A stretch of DNA of 59,876 nucleotides, the filler included, from Porpidia crustulata (Eukaryota), in NCBI GenBank assembly GCA_964255105.1. It is 4 parts of 4 records of this genome, joined end to end, with 100 filler letters (N's around TTAATTAATTAA, not from the genome) between each part and the next. Parts side by side here need not be neighbours in the genome. Positions count along the whole stretch, not along the records: positions 1 to 14,923 come from CAXUWE010000351.1; 3 more parts are not named here. One strand, written 5' to 3'. Positions 1-7,461 of this stretch are shown here, one piece after another. The notes beneath the pieces are model-generated. The model saw only the letters and a list, made by a program, of their open reading frames with translations, had not been told where the DNA came from and made no database searches. A program made the translations under genes and the position numbers. Position 1 is the first letter of the stretch, and each line of letters opens with the position of its first letter.

Positions 1-662
1 GGATAGCTGGGGAGCGGGAGCCGGGGTTTGGATTGGAATGGGCGGGCTCTTGTTTGTATCTTTTGATTTTGGTTGCGTGAGAAGGTGATGAGATTGGAGG
101 TGTTGGTGGACTTAGTATGGCGTATATGGTTGTGCTCACAGGACCTAACGAGATAAAAGCACGAAGAGGACGTTATGGGGAAGCGCGGAATAACCATTGG
201 AGCAAAAGACAGAGCATGGAGGGGACGCAACTGTCATGGAAGTTTGAATGGGGGCGAAAGGTTGGGAAACTAAACCTAGCGGTGACGACAGATTCATGTG
301 GGATTTGATGGTGATTTCGGTCAAGGAGGTGGTGCATTGAGAATGCGTGGCCTTCATAATTTTCGGAGATTCGTGGTCGGCAGTGCAAGAGTAATCGGTA
401 TGCTCTGTTTAAGCATTGTCGATAATGTAGAGAAAGCCAGTCACAACAATGTTTGCGGGCTAGGAATTTGAATGATTTGAATTATGCACTTCATGACGCC
501 GAATCGCGCATTTATGAAATGTCTCATTATCAAATATCTGGATATTGTCGTCTTGTGTTGACCAGACCTTCAGAGCGACTTTTGTGTTCTGCCACGATCT
601 ATAATTCGGTCAGCAACCCATTGACATAGGTGCAATTGTCCAAGCAGAGTATGAGGGTGTTC

Positions 663-749
663 GGTATCAGTTCTCCAAGGCGAAATATGTGTTTCTTCAA
701 GGACTATGTCTCGGAAAGAACACAGCAAATATTTGGGTTCATCAGGTAA
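663..749 (-). ncRNA. Box C/D snoRNA, U55/SNORD55-like (LSU Cm in GGUCU-C-CAAGG) with a second guide to 5.8S (Am in GAAG-A-ACGCAGC)
   Basis: Box C TGATGA 744-739, D' CCGA 714-711, box D CTGA 670-667. D guide TTCGCCTTGGAGA (684-672) pairs with LSU UCUCCAAGGUGAA (one G-U). D' guide TTTGCTGTGTTCTT (729-716) pairs with 5.8S AAGAACGCAGCGAA (two G-U). Lies in intron 787-599. Confidence 0.85.
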
Positions 750-987
750 GGGCCAGAGAGAGAAGAGAAAAGGACAGTCTGACTCACCATGTTCGGTCTA
801 ATATTAATATGTGGTATATAAGTGCTTAACCTACTTTTTGGTCAAAGGATATTAGCTTGTATCCGAATCACAACTTCGTGTCCTGTGAGCAAAGAGAAAA
901 TAGCTAGCGCATCTAATAATCAGGCTTGGGGCCTCTCCGTCAGCGTAATGTATGTACATGAAAGGCGAAGAGAAGAGCATACCTCAT

Positions 988-1088
988 TAAATCAGAATTT
1001 TCAGTGTTTGTACGTTCACAACCAGACGATGCCCTCGTTACAAGGCGGTGTCCAGTTCAAACAGTGTGAATAGTGTTCATCATCTCAA
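988..1088 (-). ncRNA. Box C/D snoRNA guiding two neighbouring LSU uridines (yeast Um2724 and Um2729 equivalents)
   Basis: Box C ATGATGA 1083-1077, D' TTGA 1060-1057, box D CTGA 995-992. D' guide TATTCACACTG pairs with LSU CAGUGUGAAUA; D guide ACACTGAAAAT pairs with AUUUUCAGUGU. The D+5 rule gives the two known methylated U residues. Confidence 0.88.
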
Positions 1089-1535
1089 GACGGCTTGCAT
1101 GGTGGGTATTTGAAGGGGGACAGGTGGATGTAATACCTATCAGTGGTGTTGCCCAGGGTATGAATATCTGGGGGACTGTCAAAAGCGAATATTATCTAAA
1201 AAAGCATCTTTCAACCCAGTCAGCCAGTTTACCACTAGCTGTGTAATGCAGAATCAAATGCATATTCCAAAGCGTAGAGGATCAGCTGACGAGTTCTCAA
1301 CAAGCACTTCCATCCACATGGCATCGGCCGAGGTTTGTACGCCTGGCCTTGGTTGATGCCAGCGAAGGAGTGCGCAGTCTGTCCGCCCGTTCGTTCAAGA
1401 TTCTTCATGTAGGAATGGGCATTGAAAGAGGATCAGGGAAGGCTGGCAAGATTGAAGTTGTACCTAACAATGCAGTATCATATTAGCCATAGGTACTCTC
1501 GAAAGAGGGACGAACAGAGAACGTGGTGGGGGTTG

Positions 1536-1628
1536 TGTGTCAGACAAGGCTGAAACTGATAGAGACAGAATCGACATTAAATATTCGGATTGAGGAATGC
1601 CTTTCCGTGTCGTGTGGTCATCATGTAA
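1536..1628 (-). ncRNA. Box C/D snoRNA, snR41-like (18S Gm1126 equivalent)
   Basis: Box C ATGATGA 1624-1618, box D CTGA 1543-1540. A 13-nt D guide AGTTTCAGCCTTG is the exact complement of 18S CAAGGCUGAAACU. A second 11-nt complement, AGGCATTCCTC (1602-1592), to 18S GAGGAAUGCCU precedes a CCGA D' box. Confidence 0.88.
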
Positions 1629-1793
1629 AAGCGCACTTGCAATATGAAGAAGTTCTCCCGGCTCGTACCTTTTTAACCTCTCCGTTGCAACTGCCTCAGG
1701 TGAATCTAGACGGGAAACGTCAATTGTCTATAGCACAGATTTAGCTTGTGCCATCATAGCTTCATATCAATGACGCAAGAATAGCACAATCAA

Positions 1794-1878
1794 GAGATCA
1801 GAGTAATTCTAGAGTATGTTGTATCTCCTGCATGGTGCTATAGGAATTGGATTGTTCGTGAAAGAGCTCATCATCTCG
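1794..1878 (-). ncRNA. Box C/D snoRNA, U45-like (18S A equivalent to human Am159) with a second guide to LSU UUGGAUUGUUC
   Basis: Box C ATGATGA 1874-1868, box D CTGA 1801-1798, terminal stem GAGA/TCTC. D guide CTCTAGAATTAC pairs with 18S GUAAUUCUAGAG. Upstream GAACAATCCAA (1857-1847) pairs with the LSU A-loop region; its D' box is degenerate. Confidence 0.85.
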
Positions 1879-2308
1879 TAGACTACCGATCTATGCGTCA
1901 AATGCGACTTACCAGTGATATGTACTACTTGTCATGGAGTACTAATACCAGAATGCAAGTAATGAGAAGCAATTACAAAAGTGAGATTTGCGTTTCAGAT
2001 TTTGGACCTTTAGTATTGATTTAGTGTGATGCGCTAGTGATCGCCCGATAAGGCTGGAAGAACTGCGCAAGTTTGTGCAATAGACCGCGTAGCACACTGG
2101 CAGGACGACCACTTTGTCGAGAAAAATAAATTGACCTCATCCAACCTCTGAATCATTCAAGAGTGACGACGCAAATTATCTTTTGTCCGAGTAATGGGTT
2201 ATAGGACCCCCAGGCATTTGGACCCGTGCCCAACATTCAAACGCCAGGTATCGATTCCCTGCCCATTCGTCTAATCATATCCTATCTGGAGAGGCTGGCA
2301 CAGAGCTG

Positions 2309-4373
2309 CTACTCCACAAAGCCATCTCCCTCTTCTCCATCGTCCTCATCCATCTCCTCTCCCGCGCTATCCACCCCATCCTCCTTGAACACCTTGTCTA
2401 TCCCAACCTCTTTCAATCGTTCCTGCATATCTTCCCTCTTCCTCGACTGCCATCGCTCTAAGGCTGCCGCTGCGTGTACTTTGAACCCAAAAATTCTTGG
2501 CTCATATCTTCTGATGCTTTTCTCCGCTATCAATGCCGGGTAGACTTGAAATAAGATATTTTGGAAGGAGGTACCAAAGTAGGCACCGTCAATGGTAGAA
2601 TGTCGCGAAGATTTGGGATTATAGAGATCTTCGCATTTTCCGCAATAGAGTTTAACGGATTGCACATGGGGGAGGTCGGCCATGCCGGTCGGCAGGAGGG
2701 GGTGATTCTGACACATGACACGAGGGCATTTGCCAAAATCACACTTTTTGTATTTTTCGAGCTGGATAGCGTTAGTCCATCTGCCAATGGCTGAATACAA
2801 AGGCCCACCATTTTCGCTAAGCCTCTAGTGGTGGTGATGTAGCGGGCATGAACTAAGCCATAGAGATGTCGTGCAGACTTCTCAATCTGTTCGCGCATGT
2901 CATCGTCGCAGTCAAGGTCGAAGACGTCGGTAACCAGGTCAAGGGCATATTGATAGTATTGTACGTCGGTATTGAGGCCTGTTAGGTTGAAACGATCTGT
3001 GAGGTAGTCTTCATCGATTTCACAAAAGTACTCGTTGCCGCGGGATGATATGAACTATAGTAGCCATATATTAGTAATGTAAATTTTAGAATTTCCTTGA
3101 TTGGCCCAAAAGAATCTCTGCAGCAAGCTCCAAGGGAATCATGACTGAAAACGAAATGGAGTAAAATGAACTCCCAGCCAAGGGCATAAATCAAGCAGCT
3201 GTCTGGAACTCGACGACCGACTGCAGAGGTTTCCTTGGAGCTCTTACGATATCTGAATGCGGATCAATTATAGCCATGTCCTTCTTGTTTAATAGACCGC
3301 CGCGTAAGCCAGTGGACTGTTGAGTATTTGCGTTCTGTCTTGGAGATACTTCTGAAGGGTCGTCGTCCTCAAGTGTCTTAGGCGACCAGCTTGCACTCTC
3401 TCTCTCGCTTGTAGGGGCCGATGAATGGGGTGGGGGTCTTCCGAGCATTCTACTAGGTCCAGCATTTGCAAGATCCCACGCGACTTTGCTGGAGTTTGGG
3501 AAAAGGGCTGTCGGCGCTTCTGGTAGCTCGTCTTTTGACTCATGGTAGCTTCTGTGCACATTCTCTCCTTCGTCCGAGATATCTTCTCCTGGCCAACCAT
3601 TTTCGCTATTCTCATCTGCAGCTTCTTCGCCTGAATCTAGTCCGCCACCACTTGGTCTTTGGAATCCTTCAAACGCCTGGCCTGGTTCGCTAGCTTCCAC
3701 CGAAGGCGTTGAAGCTGCTCGGGGTCCATAATCCTTGGAATTGTACGGTACCGGGCTATACCCAGATCTGAGATGGAATGCATATGGAGATATATCTCTT
3801 CCAGGTCCCGGATACGGGACTTTAGCGATGAACCCATCCTCATCCCTTGGGAAGTTTACATTTAATATATCCTGACTGATCGGTCGACACCTGTCCGCAT
3901 GGCGTTCAGTGGGCGATGACAATGGAGAAGAGTCGCTACTTGGTTCTATAGACGAAAAGGGCACATCCGCACGAGAGTGACTCGGACTGAGATTCTGGCG
4001 AGGTGTGTGGGCCTGATGAATTGAGCTTGCTTCAAGCTCTCTATCCTGAACAAGCTGCGTTGTGAGATCTGGCCTACTCTCCATAGTGTCTGCTTTTCTT
4101 TTCCCAGGCATTACACTAAAATATGCGGAGGTACCAATAGAGAGAGGAAACTGAGTCCGAGCGCTCCTCAAATGGCTTGGATCAGGTACAATAAAAAGCA
4201 CAAAAACGATAGATAATGCTAACGCTGTGCCAAGAATTATGAAAAGAAGAAGATATCAAGCAGTAAACACGCAAACACAGATCTGTCTGAGAACGAAGAT
4301 GGAAGGTATGACCCACCCAGTCTCTCCAGTAACTTGTGTAGTCACTGTCTGTCTCACTGTTGAAGTCCTCCAT
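2309..4373 (-). CDS. ckb2: Casein kinase II regulatory subunit beta (CKB2 type); exons 4373-4317, 3054-2809, 2761-2309
   Basis: MEDFNSETDSDYTSYWRDW|FISSRGNEYFCEIDEDYLTDRFNLTGL...HLYGLVHARYI...|LEKY...CPRVMC...KLYCGKC zinc ribbon, IDGAYFGTSF, YEPRIFGFK. GT-AG introns of 1262 and 47 nt with branch sites. Confidence 0.96.
3191..4111 (-). CDS. 306-aa S/P/E/D-rich ORF nested in ckb2 intron 1 (nested gene or alternative coding exon)
   Basis: Stop-free frame 4201-3191 with first ATG at 4111 (MPGKRKAD...). Composition resembles a disordered protein. An in-frame GTAAGA donor at 3247 is phase-compatible with ckb2 exon 2. Confidence 0.55.
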   Translation of the reverse strand: MPGKRKADTMESRPDLTTQLVQDRELEASSIHQAHTPRQNLSPSHSRADVPFSSIEPSSDSSPLSSPTERHADRCRPISQDILNVNFPRDEDGFIAKVPYPGPGRDISPYAFHLRSGYSPVPYNSKDYGPRAASTPSVEASEPGQAFEGFQRPSGGGLDSGEEAADENSENGWPGEDISDEGENVHRSYHESKDELPEAPTALFPNSSKVAWDLANAGPSRMLGRPPPHSSAPTSERESASWSPKTLEDDDPSEVSPRQNANTQQSTGLRGGLLNKKDMAIIDPHSDIVRAPRKPLQSVVEFQTAA

Positions 4374-6342
4374 CCTTGTCTTCCACTCATCGGAGACACC
4401 GACTGCTGTCCTCCGTGCCTGAAGGCAATACTAGGGTGTTTGACTGTTTATTGTTTAGGATATCGTACTGTGGTACGTCTAGGATCCATGTTTGCCTCGG
4501 AAATATGTCGTGGCTGCGGTTTGTTGATGAGTTGCAGTTGTCTAAACCGAAGAATCTTGGTCTAGGCCGAATGAAGATAATTAAGCGAAACTGCTCTGCG
4601 AAGAGCACCCGAGCTTGCCGAGCAGTCGAGCTTTCATAACCTTCGACCAAATGGAAGATTGTTCGTCAGATCGCTACAGATCTGTTACTGCGTAGACTCA
4701 GGATCTCAGCTTCCATGTAGTATGTCTATCCCATTCCGGTATCCCACCATTCTCATCCTTGGCTCAACAGCTTGCCTCCTATCTCCCTGCTATACACTTT
4801 GATATCAATAAGATTATCCTTCGCGTTGTTCATGCATCTAGATTAAGCCCTTGACTGTATCTGAAATTTCAACATACTCGTACGCATATGTGGTCAGTAC
4901 CCTAGGAACGGACCAGAAATGATCCAACAAGTTGAATTGGAGATTTACAAGGATGATCTGAGACTAGCTAGAAGGACTTCATGCGGAAAGATAGACTTAG
5001 ACTCTTCTCTTCCGATATGGATTCTCCTCCAATTGGAAAAACCTTCGACTTTTTATTTTGGGATCTACCAGTCCAGACTTTCCTTCTAACACCAGCAATG
5101 TTGGTGCACGTATCGTTCATGCCAGGCCCCCTGCTTTCCTTGTCAGGCCTCTCTGCCCATCCTCATCCGCAACTCTACCCCTACCTTCCCATATCCTCTT
5201 CTCATCTCCTCTTCCCAACCTGCTCTCAGTCTAAGGAACCTACAAAACAATCCTTCTTCCACATTTAAGTCTTTCATAAATGGAGATTGGTAATTCGTAG
5301 CAGACTCTCAAACGGGCATGACAAACTTGGAACACGGTGAAGTCTCTATCCCTCGAGATTCTAGTTGTGAGCGGGCAGAATGGAAATGGCGCTTACGAAG
5401 GCGACACGGGGGAGATTCGCATTCTTCGAAATTCTTCGAAGCCAATTAACGGCCAAATCAAAAGGGTAGGTTTAGTTGCAGAAGGTGAATCGGGAGCAGG
5501 GGACCAAGTACTCGTGTTGATAGTGTAACATCATGGGTGACACATGAGTCAATTCAGCGAAAAGAAAACCACGAAAGATGTGGTGAAAAGAGGGAAGTAA
5601 TAATTCGACTCGCAACCTTATGAAGCTTTCGTGTCTTTTCCGTAGAAATGGCTCAAGCAATTTGTGAAGAGTACTGTAATGAAACGCAAGGTGTTCGTTG
5701 TCGTGTGAGGAGAAGGAACGGAGGCCCAGAGGGATTGAAAGGTTTTAATCATTTTGCATGAGGAGAATTTGGATGGTTGAGAGATGGAAAGGCGTTGTGT
5801 ATTTTCAATGAGCTGTAGAAATCATCGTGGACCTGTAGTGCTGAGAGCTATGACTCGTCATGATATGTGCTGCCGTGACTATAGCACTCGAATCATCCAA
5901 GTAGGGTCATTGATTCAATTCAAATATTGCTTCCCCAAATGCTCATCACAATCGGAAATTGATGTCTTTGAGAAGGAGTATGTTCAATCCATTCGATACT
6001 GATATCCAAAATTCCCTCAGGTCCAATCGGTGTACCAATAAGGAATTCCGTAAAAAGACGACTCCGGCGTCGGTGTATGCCAATAGAACCATCATAAGAC
6101 CCCCCGCCAAGCCCCACCACCATGCAGTTTTCCATCACCCTATGCATGTACACATTGGCAAAGCCCTAACGCCCCCCAAAAAATTGCAAGGCAACTATAT
6201 AAGATCTCCCAGAGCCCTTCCAAAAGATGTAAGCAGAGCACGGGTATAAACTTATCTCCTCGCCCCCAGAAAGCATTTTCATGAAATTCCAACGGTCCAG
6301 GATACCATTCGGGAGTCCCAATCTACAGCCCACTCATCGGCC

Positions 6343-7461
6343 TTATGAATCGACCATCTCGGTCGCTGCGGTTGCCAACGCGTCTAGCCCTGGGCTTTCC
6401 CCTTCGCCGTCTTCTTCGCTTCGCCCACTTGTGCTACCCATCGGCACATCTGCGAAATCGGAGCGGGACATCGAGTGTATACCATCGAGATGTCTCCCAG
6501 CTTGATAGTCAAGATCCATGGCTGTTTGATCATCTGGGGCTGCAAACGCCACCCGGGAGTCGCTGGGGAGTGTTTGGCGCCGGGAGCGAGTGCCTGTCGA
6601 AGCCGACGATGACGATTTTGACCCAACGGTGGAGGGCGCAACTTCTTCTACGCGGCCGTTCTTGTGTGTACGCTCATGCTGTTTCATGTTATCCTTGCGG
6701 GTGAAGGCTTTGTTGCAGGTGGGGCAGCGGATATTCTTCTCGCCAGTATGTTTTTTGCCATGGCGAGCGGCATGGCCGGAGGTCGTGAAAGTGTCTGGGC
6801 AGGAGAATCGCGAGGCATGAGGACACGGATACTTCTTCTTGAGGGTTTTGGCCGTCGAAGTAGTGGAGTTGGCCGGGGCCGAGGTCGAAGGGGTGACGGC
6901 TGGGGTTGTGTGAGACGAAGGCGACGAGTTGACTGCTAGAGCAGCGTTGTTATATGGAAATTGCGTCTGTAGAGGTTGGAGAGAGGAGCGGCTGAGTTCA
7001 GAGTATTCATCGTCCATCTCGTATTCGTTGGCTCGGTGGGGTGGCGCATGGTAATAGGGCTGCGCGGCGGGGTCCTGGGCTTGCGGCATCGTAGGATAAT
7101 TATGAATACCATTAGGCCGCGGGTATGTAAAGTAAGGAGTCGAAGTTTTGGAATGTTCCAAAGACTCGAAAGGATAATTTGGCGGCGTCATTGGGGATTG
7201 AGATGATTGAGCGCCCACGGAATCCGAAGATAGCGAGTTTAAGCGCACGAGCTGCGGTGTTGCGGGCGAGATTCCTGGGGATGCGGAATTCCTGGTCGAA
7301 GAGGTAGCGCAATCGTCTCTTGACATCGACGACGACTTGGAGGATGTTGGTTTCCGTGCACGATTGTCAATACGTTGGTCGGGGTTTTTGGAGGGGGACC
7401 GCTCGTCGTTGAGGAGCGACACTTTCCGCCCGGAGGAGTTTTGAGATTTTTCGCCGTACAT
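6343..7461 (-). CDS. Two-finger C2H2 zinc-finger transcription factor (Nrg1-like repressor type)
   Basis: YPCPHASRFSCPDTFTTSGHAARHGKKH-TGEKN-IRCPTCNKAFTRKDNMKQHERTH; S/P-rich N-terminus; C-terminal GLDALATAA. First ATG is 7461 (the ORF-track start at 7521 is GTG). Confidence 0.9.
   Translation of the reverse strand: MYGEKSQNSSGRKVSLLNDERSPSKNPDQRIDNRARKPTSSKSSSMSRDDCATSSTRNSASPGISPATPQLVRLNSLSSDSVGAQSSQSPMTPPNYPFESLEHSKTSTPYFTYPRPNGIHNYPTMPQAQDPAAQPYYHAPPHRANEYEMDDEYSELSRSSLQPLQTQFPYNNAALAVNSSPSSHTTPAVTPSTSAPANSTTSTAKTLKKKYPCPHASRFSCPDTFTTSGHAARHGKKHTGEKNIRCPTCNKAFTRKDNMKQHERTHKNGRVEEVAPSTVGSKSSSSASTGTRSRRQTLPSDSRVAFAAPDDQTAMDLDYQAGRHLDGIHSMSRSDFADVPMGSTSGRSEEDGEGESPGLDALATAATEMVDS

Larger units (their letters stand above)
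599..1912 (-). ncRNA. Spliced non-coding snoRNA host gene with four snoRNA-bearing introns (1912-1728, 1668-1464, 1136-~925, 787-599)
   Basis: Minus-strand donors GTAAGT (1912), GTACGA (1668), GTATTA (1136), GTGAGT (787), each followed by a C/D snoRNA, a branch site (GCTAAA, GCTAAT, GCTGAC, GCTGAC) and a TAG/AAG acceptor. The exons hold no convincing ORF. Transcript ends unknown. Confidence 0.8.

Noticed and set aside
438..445. Exact Homol-D-like motif CAGTCACA
   Set aside because: Lies downstream of the snoRNA cluster, the gene it might serve is outside the window, and an 8-mer is expected by chance in 60 kb.
1235..1408. 57-aa minus-strand ORF (MKNLERTGG...) in a snoRNA-host exon
   Set aside because: Short, no recognisable motif, and preceded by an out-of-frame ATG; typical of chance ORFs in host exons.
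1458..1466. TAG|GTACAA acceptor followed directly by GT, a possible recursive splice site
   Set aside because: Weak donor, and G/GT after an acceptor is common; cannot be supported without reads.
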